This document shows positions 55,974-64,000 of a stretch of 64,000 bases of DNA, in pieces. The translations under genes and the position numbers were made by a program. How positions within the stretch are numbered: the stretch's first letter is position 1; every line of letters starts with the position of its first letter. This DNA is from an uncultured Planctomycetales bacterium (lineage in GTDB: Bacteria; Omnitrophota; Gorgyraeia; Aquiviventales; Aquiviventaceae), in assembly GCA_964556925.1 (NCBI GenBank), contig CAZKXY010000001.1:2790-66789 (forward strand), given 5' to 3'. A model generated the notes under the pieces. That model had not been told where the DNA came from and did no database searches. It worked only from the letters and a program-made list of their open reading frames with translations.

Positions 55974-56771
55974 ATGGCATCTCCCATTCTTGAGGCGATC
56001 GAGGTCAGCAAGGTGTACCCGCGGCGCGCCGGCGTGCTGCGGCGCGCGGTCGGGGACGTTCGCGCCGTGGACCGGGTCAGCTGCGTGCTGGCAGCCGGCG
56101 AGACGCTGGGCCTGGTGGGGGAGTCGGGGTGCGGCAAGACCACGCTGGCAAAGCTGCTGCTCGGGTTGCTCGCGCCCAGTCAGGGTGAGGTCCGGCTGCA
56201 TGGCGAGCCGCTGGCGGGGTTGACCGGCGCGCGCCTGCGCGCGGCGAGGCGCGCCGTGCAGTTCGTGTTTCAGGATCCGCTGAACAGCCTCAACCCCCGC
56301 CTGACGGTGGCCCAGACGCTGAGCGAACCGTTCATCATCCATCGGCTGGCGAGCGGCGCCGCCAGGCGCGCGCGCCTCGAGGCGCTGCTGGACGCCGTGC
56401 AGCTTCCCGCCGGCTCCCTGGCGCGGCTGCCTCGCGAGTTGAGCGGGGGGGAGCGCCAGCGGGTCGGGATCGCCCGGGCGCTGGCGCTGGATCCTGAGCT
56501 GGTGATTTGCGACGAGCCGATTGCCTCGCTGGACGTCTCGGTCGGCGCGCAGATCCTGGAGCTGTTGCGCGGCCTCTGCCGGGCGCGCCGGATGGCGCTT
56601 TTGTTCATCTCGCATGACCTGGGCGCGGTCGGCTCCGTCTGCGAGCGGCTGGCCGTGATGCAGCACGGTCGGATCCTTGAGACCGGCCCGACCCAGACCC
56701 TCCTGCAGCAGCCCGCCCACCCGTATACCGTGCTGCTCATCCGCAGCGCCTCCCTCGATCTCGACGCCTAG
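55974..56771 (+). CDS. ABC transporter ATP-binding protein (OppF/DppF-like)
   Basis: GESGCGKTT, LSGGERQRV and ICDEPIASLD motifs. Confidence 0.85.
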   Translation: MASPILEAIEVSKVYPRRAGVLRRAVGDVRAVDRVSCVLAAGETLGLVGESGCGKTTLAKLLLGLLAPSQGEVRLHGEPLAGLTGARLRAARRAVQFVFQDPLNSLNPRLTVAQTLSEPFIIHRLASGAARRARLEALLDAVQLPAGSLARLPRELSGGERQRVGIARALALDPELVICDEPIASLDVSVGAQILELLRGLCRARRMALLFISHDLGAVGSVCERLAVMQHGRILETGPTQTLLQQPAHPYTVLLIRSASLDLDA

Positions 56772-56795
56772 GCGTCCAGACGCTATAATCGTAGG

Positions 56796-57374
56796 ATGGA
56801 GCGGTTCTGGCACGCCTTCATCCCGCTGTTCGTCGCGTTTGACAGCGTCGGCATGCTGCCCCTCTATTGGGGCCTGGCGCACCGGCTCTCCCGCCGCGAG
56901 CGGCGGCGGGCGGTCGTCGAGGCGGTCGGCACGGCGCTGTGGGTCGCGGTCGGCTTCCTGCTCGTCAGCCGGTTCGTGTTCGCCCTCATGGGGCTTCAGC
57001 TGGCCGACGTCATGATCGCCGGCGGCGGCATCCTGCTCGTCATCTGCCTGCGGGACCTGCTGCTGCCGGAGTCGCTGCCGGAGGGGCATTATCCCAGCCC
57101 CGGCGTCGTGCCGCTGGGGGTGCCGCTCCTCTCCGGCCCGGCGGTTTTGACGACGCTGCTGTTGGTGCGGGACCAGCACGGCTGGGGGATGACGCTGCTC
57201 GCGCTGGCCGCGAACCTCGCGGTCATCTGGGCGGTGCTGCAGGCGGCCGACCGGCTCATGCGCCTGCTCGGCCAGCACGGCGCGGCGGTCATCTCGAAGA
57301 TCGCCAACCTGGTGCTGACCGCGTTCGGCGTCATGCTGATCCGCAAGGGGCTCACGCACGTCGTGGCACCGTGA
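56796..57374 (+). CDS. MarC-family integral membrane protein (UPF0056)
   Basis: Six-TM small membrane protein with MarC-like conserved blocks (FIPLFVAFDSVGMLPLY ... LLSGPAVLTT). Confidence 0.65.
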   Translation: MERFWHAFIPLFVAFDSVGMLPLYWGLAHRLSRRERRRAVVEAVGTALWVAVGFLLVSRFVFALMGLQLADVMIAGGGILLVICLRDLLLPESLPEGHYPSPGVVPLGVPLLSGPAVLTTLLLVRDQHGWGMTLLALAANLAVIWAVLQAADRLMRLLGQHGAAVISKIANLVLTAFGVMLIRKGLTHVVAP

Positions 57375-58627
57375 TGCGCGGGATCCTCACCTTCATCATG
57401 GCGGGGGGCAAGGGGGAGCGGCTGCTGCCCCTGACGAAGGACCGCGCGAAGCCGGCGGTGCCGTTCGGCGGCGTCTACCGGATCATCGACTTTACGCTGT
57501 CGAACTGCATCAACTCCGGCATCCGGAAGATCCATGTGCTGATCCAGTACAAGTCGCACTCGCTGCAGCGCCATGTCATCATGGGCTGGAACATCTTCAA
57601 CAGCGAGCTGGGCGAGTACATCGACGTCATCCCCGCGCAGCAGCGCACCGGGGACTACTGGTACCGGGGCACCGCCGACGCGATCTACCAGAACATCAAC
57701 GCCATCGAGCACGAGCGGCCCGACCACGTGCTCGTGCTGGCCGGCGACCACGTCTACAAGATGAACTACGCGGACATGGCCGCGTTCCACAAGGCGCATG
57801 GCGCCGCGGTGACGGTCGGGGTCATCGAGATGGAGCGGGACCGGGCCGCGCAGGGCTTCGGCATCATCGAGGTGGACGCCGAGGGGCGGATCATCGGCTT
57901 CGAGGAGAAACCCCGGCAGCCGAAGACGATTCCGGACGACCCGACGCGCTGCTACGTCTCGATGGGGATCTACCTCTTCAACCGGCTCTTCCTGGAGGCC
58001 GCCTTGATCGAGGACGCCACGCGGGAGGACTCCACCCATGATTTCGGGCGCGATGTGATCCCGCGCGCGCAACAGGCGGTCAAGGTCATGGCGTACAACT
58101 TCAAGGACGAGAACAAGAAAGAGTCCAAGTACTGGCGGGACATCGGCACCCTCGACGCCTACTACGAGGCGAACATGGATCTGGTCCAGGTGACGCCGCA
58201 GTTCAACCTCTACGACCGCAGCTGGCCCATCCGGACCTACCACGAGCAGTGGCCGCCCACGAAGACGGTCTTTGCGGATGAAGGCACCGGGCGCATCGGG
58301 ACCATCCTGGATTCCCTGGTCTCGAACGGCTGCATCATCAGCGGCGGCCGGGTCGTGCGCAGCGTCCTGTCGCCCGACGTGCGGGTCAACAGCTTCGCCC
58401 ACGTGGAGGACGCGATCCTGATGGAGCATGTGGAGGTCGGCCGCTACGCGAAGATCCGGCGGGCGATCGTCGACAAGGATGTCGTGATCCCGCGCTACGC
58501 GGAGATCGGCTATCACCCGGAGGAGGACCGCCGCCGGTTCGTCGTCACGGAGTCCGGCATCGTCGTCGTGGCGAAGGGCACCGTGATCGAGGAGCCCCGG
58601 CCGGCCATCTCGCTCGTCGGGACATAG
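57374..58627 (+). CDS. glgC: Glucose-1-phosphate adenylyltransferase
   Basis: [14 protein letters not shown]...KPAVPFGG, with the left-handed beta-helix C-terminus. Confidence 0.88.
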   Translation: MRGILTFIMAGGKGERLLPLTKDRAKPAVPFGGVYRIIDFTLSNCINSGIRKIHVLIQYKSHSLQRHVIMGWNIFNSELGEYIDVIPAQQRTGDYWYRGTADAIYQNINAIEHERPDHVLVLAGDHVYKMNYADMAAFHKAHGAAVTVGVIEMERDRAAQGFGIIEVDAEGRIIGFEEKPRQPKTIPDDPTRCYVSMGIYLFNRLFLEAALIEDATREDSTHDFGRDVIPRAQQAVKVMAYNFKDENKKESKYWRDIGTLDAYYEANMDLVQVTPQFNLYDRSWPIRTYHEQWPPTKTVFADEGTGRIGTILDSLVSNGCIISGGRVVRSVLSPDVRVNSFAHVEDAILMEHVEVGRYAKIRRAIVDKDVVIPRYAEIGYHPEEDRRRFVVTESGIVVVAKGTVIEEPRPAISLVGT

Positions 58628-58635
58628 CGCGTTCC

Positions 58636-58659
58636 ATGTCACAGGTGACATGTCACATG
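58636..58659. promoter_or_regulatory. Palindrome ATGTCAC-AG-GTGACAT(GTCACATG) immediately upstream of the thiG start, a candidate operator-like site
   Basis: A 7-2-7 perfect inverted repeat plus a third partial half-site in the 30-nt glgC-thiG spacer. Confidence 0.25.
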
Positions 58660-59463
58660 TTACGAATTGGAGACAAGACGTTCGGCTCGCGGTTGATCGT
58701 CGGCACCGGCAAGTACGCGTCGTTCGCGCTGATGCGGGAGGCGATCGAGGCGTCCGGCGCCGAGATCGTCACCGTCGCGGTCCGCCGGCTGACCCTCGAG
58801 CGGCCCAACGAAGCGAGCCTCCTGGACTACCTGGACCGCTCCCGCATCACGCTGCTGCCGAACACCGCCGCCTGCTACACCGCGGAGGAGGCGATCCGCA
58901 CCGCCCGCTTGGGCCGCGAGGCCGGGCTGTCCCACCTCGTCAAGCTGGAGGTCATCGGCGACCCCAAGACGCTGCTGCCGGATACACCGGCGTTGTTGGA
59001 GGCGACCCGCGCGCTCGTCAAGGACGGCTTCCTCGTCATGCCGTATACCAACGATGACCCGATCATGGCCAAGAAGCTTGAGGAGGCGGGAGCCGCCTGC
59101 GTCATGCCGCTGGCTGCGCCGATCGGGTCAGGGCAAGGGGTGCTCAACCCGCTCAACATCCGGTTGATCCTCGAGGCGGTGTCGGTGCCGGTCATTGTGG
59201 ACGCCGGGGTCGGCACGGCGTCTGACGCGAGCGTCGCGATGGAGCTGGGCGCGGACGGGGTGCTCATGAACACCGCCATCGCCGCCGCGGCTGATCCGGT
59301 GAAGATGGCGCAGGCGATGCGCCTGGCCGTGGAGGCCGGCCGGCTCGCGTACGAGGCCGGCCGCATCCCGAAAAAACCCTACGCGAGCGCGTCCAGCCCA
59401 GCCGAAGGGGTCGTCGCGCCGCCTCCTGCCCGCGCCCCTGCGGGCGAGCCGCTGCGCCGCTGA
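58657..59463 (+). CDS. thiG: Thiazole synthase
   Basis: [13 protein letters not shown], and the [10 protein letters not shown] motif. Confidence 0.88.
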   Translation: MLRIGDKTFGSRLIVGTGKYASFALMREAIEASGAEIVTVAVRRLTLERPNEASLLDYLDRSRITLLPNTAACYTAEEAIRTARLGREAGLSHLVKLEVIGDPKTLLPDTPALLEATRALVKDGFLVMPYTNDDPIMAKKLEEAGAACVMPLAAPIGSGQGVLNPLNIRLILEAVSVPVIVDAGVGTASDASVAMELGADGVLMNTAIAAAADPVKMAQAMRLAVEAGRLAYEAGRIPKKPYASASSPAEGVVAPPPARAPAGEPLRR

Positions 59464-59616
59464 TCCCCCCACCTGCCGTAGGCGGTGCCTGATGGTGAAG
59501 AGCGATGGATCACAACGACGAAGAGACGGTGGTGGCACCGCCGTGGCCGGCTTGGCGGATCGATGGGCCGGGGCCGGCCGGGGCCCGCGTTCGGCGGGCC
59601 CGCGGCAGCTGGTGGG

Positions 59617-62600
59617 ATGAGGGAGCCGGCGGTCCAGGAGCCGGAGCGCCGCGCGACGCCGCCAGCCGCGAGGCCGGCGACGGATGAGACGCGGACCATC
59701 CTCCGCAACGTCGCCGGCTGCTACTTCCTCTCGGGCGCCCTCGGCCTGATCTACCAGGTCCTGTGGTTGCGGAAGCTGCTCCTCGTGTTCGGCAGCACGG
59801 TGCACGCGGTCAGCACCGTGCTCACCGTCTTCTTCAGCGGGCTGGCGCTGGGCAGCTGGCTCTTCGGGCGGCTCATCGACCGCCGCCCGAGCGGATCCGG
59901 GCTGCGCTGGTACGCCATCCTGGAAGTCGGCGTGGGGCTGTATGCGTTTCTCACCCTGCCGCTCTTTGACTGGATCCGGCAGCTCTACATTCCGGCCTAT
60001 CAGGCCTCAGGGTTCTCGCAGGCGGCGCTCGTGAGCGCGTCGTTCGCCTGCGCGGCGCTGATCTTGCTCGTGCCGACCACGCTGATGGGCGGGACGTTCC
60101 CGGTGTTGAGCCGGTTCCTGATCCGCTCGGACCGGGAGCGGGGGGTGACGATCGCGAACCTGTATGCGATCAACACGGTCGGCGCTATGGCCGGCACGCT
60201 GGCGGTGTATTACGCGGGGCTGCCGGTGCTGGGCGTCTCGCGGACGCTCATCTGCGCCGGCGTGACGAATCTCGGCATCGGGCTGTTGTGCCTGGTGTTC
60301 GCCCGGCACCTGGAGAGCCTCGGGTTTCACGCGGCGGCGCCGGCCGCGGCCCGTGTCGGGGCGCCGGAGGCGTCCCCCCAGCCGGCGGGATCCGCCCAGG
60401 CGTCGGGATCCAGCCAGCCGGACCCCATCGTGCGCTGGCTGTTCGCCGCGTTTGCGCTGTCAGGATTCTCGGCGATGGCGTATGAAGTGGCATGGACCCG
60501 GGCGCTCAGCCTCGTACTGGGCAGCTCCATCTACGCGTTCTGCATCATGCTGGCGACGTTCCTGGGCGGCATCGCGCTCGGCAGCCTCTGGATGCGGCGG
60601 GATGTGCGCGCCGGGCGGGCGGGATTGGTCCAGTTCATCCAGCTGGAGGGCCTGCTGGGGCTCTACGGGCTGTTTTCGGTGTGGTTCCTGCCGCAGCTTC
60701 CGGATTGGTTCCTCTGGGCCTGGCCGATGACCGGCGGGTCGTTTGCCGGCCTGTCGGCGCTGCAGTGGGCGCTCAGCGTCGCGGCGATGCTCCTGCCGAC
60801 GCTCACGATGGGAATGCTCTTCGTGCTGGTCAGCGACTTCGTCACCGGAACGCCCGGCCGGTTGGGCCGCCGCCTGGGGACCGCCTACGCCGTCAACACC
60901 GTCGGTGGCATCATCGGCTCGTTCCTGAGCGGGTTCGTCCTGATCCCCTGGCTGGGGCTGCCGTGGGCGATCGTGGCGGCGGCGGTCGTCAACCTGCTCG
61001 CGGCGGGGCTGATCTACGTGCGCGCCGCGCACGCGCGCTCGCGGCCGCTGCGGCTGGGCCTGGCCGCGGCGTGCGTGGCGGCGGCGATCGGCGCCAGCGC
61101 CGTGGGGATCGTCCCGTCCTGGCGGCGCCAGGCGCTGACCGCCGGGGTGTACCTGTTTCCGGAGCTGTACCAGAACCGCTCGGTCGCCCAGATCACCGCG
61201 GGCACCAAGCTGCTCTACTATCGGGACAGCCTGAACGCGACGGTCAGCGTCCATCAAGACGAGAATGGCCTCTTTCTCAAAGTTGGCGGCAAGACCGATG
61301 CCTCGGATGGCATCGATATGGGGACCCAGGCGCTCTCGGCGCACCTGCCCCTGCTGCTCCATCGCGATCCGAAGCGCGTGCTCGTCATCGGGCTGGGCAG
61401 CGGCATCACGCTGGGCCACGCGGGGCGGTATCCGGTCGAGCGGCTCGATTGCGCGGAGATCGACCCCGCGGTGATCGAGGCGGCCCGGCTGTTTGCGGCG
61501 CACAACTTCCGCATCCATGACGATCCGCGGGTGCGGATTGCGCCGGCGGACGGGCGCAACTTTCTCCTCGCCAGTCGGGAGACGTACGACGTCATCATCT
61601 CCGAGCCCTCGAATCCCTGGATGGCGGGGTTGGGCTACCTCTTTACCAAGGAGTACTACGACTTGGCCAAGCAGCGGCTGGCGCCCGGCGGCGTGATGTG
61701 CCAGTGGGTGCAGCTCTACAAGATCTTCCCGGAAGACCTGAAGCTGCTGCTGCGGACGTTCCATGCGGCCTTTCCGTCCATGTCGGTCTGGTCCTCGCTG
61801 CCCGGCGATCTCCTGCTTGTCGGCTCGCAGGACCCGCTGCCGCTCACATACGAGTGGTTGGCGCAGCGGATGGCGCAGCCGGGCATTCGCGAGACGCTGG
61901 CACTCATCCAGGCGGAGCGGCCGGAGCTGCTCCTGCAGCTGTTGGTGCTCGGCGACCGGGAGGTCGAGGAGGTGACGGCGGACATGCCGTGGCTGCATGA
62001 AGATGACCTGCCCTGGCTTGAGTTCAATGCGCCGAAGGCCCTGTACGTGGCTCACACCATGACGGTCAATTATGAGGGCCTGATGCGGTTCCAGCGGCCG
62101 CCGAGCGAGACGGTCCCGGGCTATCCGAAAGATGTGGAGGATGCCGCGTTTTTCCACGCGATGGCCGACCTCTGGGAGTCCCGGCAGGACTGGGACAAGG
62201 CGTTGCAGTCGGCCCGTCGCGCGGTGGAGCGGGCTCCGGATGCCGCCGGGAGCTGGGTCCGGGTGGGCGAGCTGGCGGCGACGCTCAGGCGGGCGTGGGA
62301 GGCCGAAGAAGCGTTGAGCCGGGCGGTGGAGCTGGATCCGTCGAATGTCGCGCCGCACCGGTTGCTGGCCAAGCTGCTGGACTCGCAGAGGCGACACGAG
62401 GAGGCCCGACGGCACTACCGGGACGCGGCCATGTTGCGGCCGCCTGACGAGCGCTTCGCCGAGGAGTTGGCCACGTACCTGTTGCCGCGCCAGGAAGCCG
62501 CCTTGGCCGCCGAGTACGCGCGCTCGGCGGTGTCCCAGGGCGGCGGCGATCGCCTTTCAGCCGTGATGAGCTACGCGACCGCCTTGAAGCAAGTGCAGGA

Positions 62601-62904
62601 TTGGCCGGCGGCTGAACAGGTCATGCGGTTTGGCCTGGAGGCGTTTCCTGAAGAAGCCGCATGGCCGTTGTGGCTGGGCGAGGTCAGCGCGGCGCAGGGA
62701 CGGGACGAGGAGGCGGTAGCCTGGTTCCGGCAGGCGCTGGCGCGCGTCCCGACGGCCGCGGAGGCCTACTTCGGCTTGGGGCGGATTGCGGCCAGCCGGG
62801 GTCAGCCGCGCGAGGCCGCCAGGTATTTGCGGCGCGGCCTGCAGTACCGGCCGTACGAGCGCGAGATGCTCCAATTGTTGCTGCAGCTGCAGCGCACGCT
62901 CTGA
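59617..62904 (+). CDS. Fusion protein: N-terminal polytopic membrane domain, then spermidine-synthase-like aminopropyltransferase domain, then C-terminal TPR repeats
   Basis: About 8 TM helices, then VLVIGLGSGIT...DCAEIDPAV...DVIISEPSNPW (spermidine synthase fold), then TPR-like helices. The start is ambiguous, with in-frame candidates at 59485 (GTG), 59563 and 59617. Confidence 0.65.
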   Translation: MREPAVQEPERRATPPAARPATDETRTILRNVAGCYFLSGALGLIYQVLWLRKLLLVFGSTVHAVSTVLTVFFSGLALGSWLFGRLIDRRPSGSGLRWYAILEVGVGLYAFLTLPLFDWIRQLYIPAYQASGFSQAALVSASFACAALILLVPTTLMGGTFPVLSRFLIRSDRERGVTIANLYAINTVGAMAGTLAVYYAGLPVLGVSRTLICAGVTNLGIGLLCLVFARHLESLGFHAAAPAAARVGAPEASPQPAGSAQASGSSQPDPIVRWLFAAFALSGFSAMAYEVAWTRALSLVLGSSIYAFCIMLATFLGGIALGSLWMRRDVRAGRAGLVQFIQLEGLLGLYGLFSVWFLPQLPDWFLWAWPMTGGSFAGLSALQWALSVAAMLLPTLTMGMLFVLVSDFVTGTPGRLGRRLGTAYAVNTVGGIIGSFLSGFVLIPWLGLPWAIVAAAVVNLLAAGLIYVRAAHARSRPLRLGLAAACVAAAIGASAVGIVPSWRRQALTAGVYLFPELYQNRSVAQITAGTKLLYYRDSLNATVSVHQDENGLFLKVGGKTDASDGIDMGTQALSAHLPLLLHRDPKRVLVIGLGSGITLGHAGRYPVERLDCAEIDPAVIEAARLFAAHNFRIHDDPRVRIAPADGRNFLLASRETYDVIISEPSNPWMAGLGYLFTKEYYDLAKQRLAPGGVMCQWVQLYKIFPEDLKLLLRTFHAAFPSMSVWSSLPGDLLLVGSQDPLPLTYEWLAQRMAQPGIRETLALIQAERPELLLQLLVLGDREVEEVTADMPWLHEDDLPWLEFNAPKALYVAHTMTVNYEGLMRFQRPPSETVPGYPKDVEDAAFFHAMADLWESRQDWDKALQSARRAVERAPDAAGSWVRVGELAATLRRAWEAEEALSRAVELDPSNVAPHRLLAKLLDSQRRHEEARRHYRDAAMLRPPDERFAEELATYLLPRQEAALAAEYARSAVSQGGGDRLSAVMSYATALKQVQDWPAAEQVMRFGLEAFPEEAAWPLWLGEVSAAQGRDEEAVAWFRQALARVPTAAEAYFGLGRIAASRGQPREAARYLRRGLQYRPYEREMLQLLLQLQRTL

Positions 62905-62911
62905 GGGACGC

Positions 62912-64000
62912 ATGGCACACCCGATGACGCAACGGACCGCACGACGAACCGCCACGCGGACATACCAGATCGCCGTGATTCCGGGCGATGGCACCGGGCC
63001 TGAGGTGATCGCCGAGGGACGCAAGGTGCTGGACGCGACCGCCCGCCAGCAGGGCTTCCGTCTCGAGTGGCGCCCCTATGACCTGGGCGGCGAGCGATAT
63101 CGGCGCACCGGCGAGACGCTGCCCGCCACGGTGCTGAAGGAGCTGCGGGAAGCGGACGCCATCTACCTGGGCGCGATCGGCCATCCCGACGTCAAGCCCG
63201 GGATCCTGGAGCAGGGGATTTTGCTCACGATTCGCTTCGAGCTGGACCAGTACATCAACCTGCGTCCGGTGAAGCTCTACCCCGGCGTGTGGACCCCGTT
63301 GAAGGACAAAGGGCCGGAGCACATCGACTTCGTCGTCGTGCGCGAGAACACCGAGGGGCTCTATGCCGGGGTCGGGGGCTTCCTGCGGAAAGGCACGCCC
63401 GAGGAGGTCGCGCTGCAGACGTCGGTCAACACCCGGCACGGGGTGGAGCGCTGCATCCGCTTCGCGTTCGAGCTGACCCGCCGGCGGGCCAAGGGCAAGA
63501 AGCTGACGCTGTGCGGCAAGACCAACGTGCTGACCTTCGCGCACGACCTCTGGCAGCGGGTGTTCAACGAGGTGGCCGCGGAGTACGCAGCTATCCAGAC
63601 CGACTACGCGCACGTTGACGCCTGCTGCATGTGGATGGTGAAGAACCCGGAGTGGTTTGACGTGATCGTCACCGACAACATGTTCGGGGACATCATCACG
63701 GATCTGGGCGCGATGATCCAGGGCGGCATGGGCATCGCCGCCGGCGGCAACCTCAACCCCGAGGGCGTGTCGATGTTCGAGCCGATCGGCGGTTCCGCCC
63801 CGAAGTACACCGGGAAGGGCGTGATCAATCCGCTGGCCGCGATCTGCGCCGGCGGGATGCTGCTGGATGCGCTCGGCGAGGCGCGGGCGGCGCAGGCGAT
63901 CGAGCAGGCCGTCATGCAGGTGACCGGCACCAAGCTCAAGAGCCTCGCCGCCGGCCAGATGGGCTTTTCGACGAGCGAGGTGGGTGATCTCGTCGTGCAA
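62912..64000 (+). CDS. Isopropylmalate/isocitrate/tartrate dehydrogenase-family protein (TtuC/LeuB-like), 3' end lies outside the window
   Basis: IAVIPGDGTGPEV, NLRPV and NMFGDIITD motifs. The frame is open to the window edge, so this ORF is absent from the closed-ORF track. Confidence 0.8.
   Translation, partial: MAHPMTQRTARRTATRTYQIAVIPGDGTGPEVIAEGRKVLDATARQQGFRLEWRPYDLGGERYRRTGETLPATVLKELREADAIYLGAIGHPDVKPGILEQGILLTIRFELDQYINLRPVKLYPGVWTPLKDKGPEHIDFVVVRENTEGLYAGVGGFLRKGTPEEVALQTSVNTRHGVERCIRFAFELTRRRAKGKKLTLCGKTNVLTFAHDLWQRVFNEVAAEYAAIQTDYAHVDACCMWMVKNPEWFDVIVTDNMFGDIITDLGAMIQGGMGIAAGGNLNPEGVSMFEPIGGSAPKYTGKGVINPLAAICAGGMLLDALGEARAAQAIEQAVMQVTGTKLKSLAAGQMGFSTSEVGDLVVQ

Overview
This is a high-GC (about 68-70%) bacterial window with dense, almost gap-free coding. 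All confidently called genes but one are on the + strand. Many junctions are overlapping ATGA/TGATG stop-start pairs, which indicates translational coupling.

Bases 1 to about 40140 form one very large glycan/lipoglycan assembly supercluster of about 38 co-directional genes. It contains: two NeuA/KdsB-like cytidylyltransferases; at least 10 glycosyltransferases of GT2, GT4, GT9, GT28 and CgeB-like types; two polyprenol-phosphate sugar synthases plus an ArnT/PMT-like GT-C enzyme; a WecA/MraY-family initiating transferase; two O-antigen-ligase-like (Wzy_C) proteins; an MsbA-like ABC exporter; three SDR epimerase/dehydratase/reductase genes; a DegT aminotransferase; a GNAT acetyltransferase; four SAM methyltransferases; an SGNH hydrolase; two CE4 deacetylases; and a LarA-like (nickel-pincer racemase family) protein.

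Bases 40.5 to 64 kb are housekeeping: family-4 UDG, priA, a TPR protein (the only - strand gene), def, fmt, two tandem GalT-like HIT uridylyltransferases, gap, pgk, tpiA, secG, a five-gene Opp/Dpp-type peptide ABC transporter, marC, glgC, thiG, a membrane-spermidine-synthase-TPR fusion and a partial isopropylmalate/tartrate dehydrogenase-family gene.

Overlaid on this are three small repeat families. Family A is a double-palindrome element with core GGTGTCAGACACC x2, present in 9 copies. Family B is a GTGCCAGGCAC variant with 3-4 copies, one in-frame inside priA and one forming a bidirectional terminator-like hairpin. Family C is a GGGCTCA-heptad hairpin with 2 copies.

Other unusual features: two short leader ORFs that duplicate the N-terminus of the SDR epimerase genes they precede; structured spacers bounded by perfect long-range inverted repeats in front of paralogous GT2 genes; and several fusion proteins.

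I recognise no rRNA, tRNA, CRISPR array, transposase or integrase. Coordinates of starts and repeats were counted by hand and may be off by 1-3 nt.
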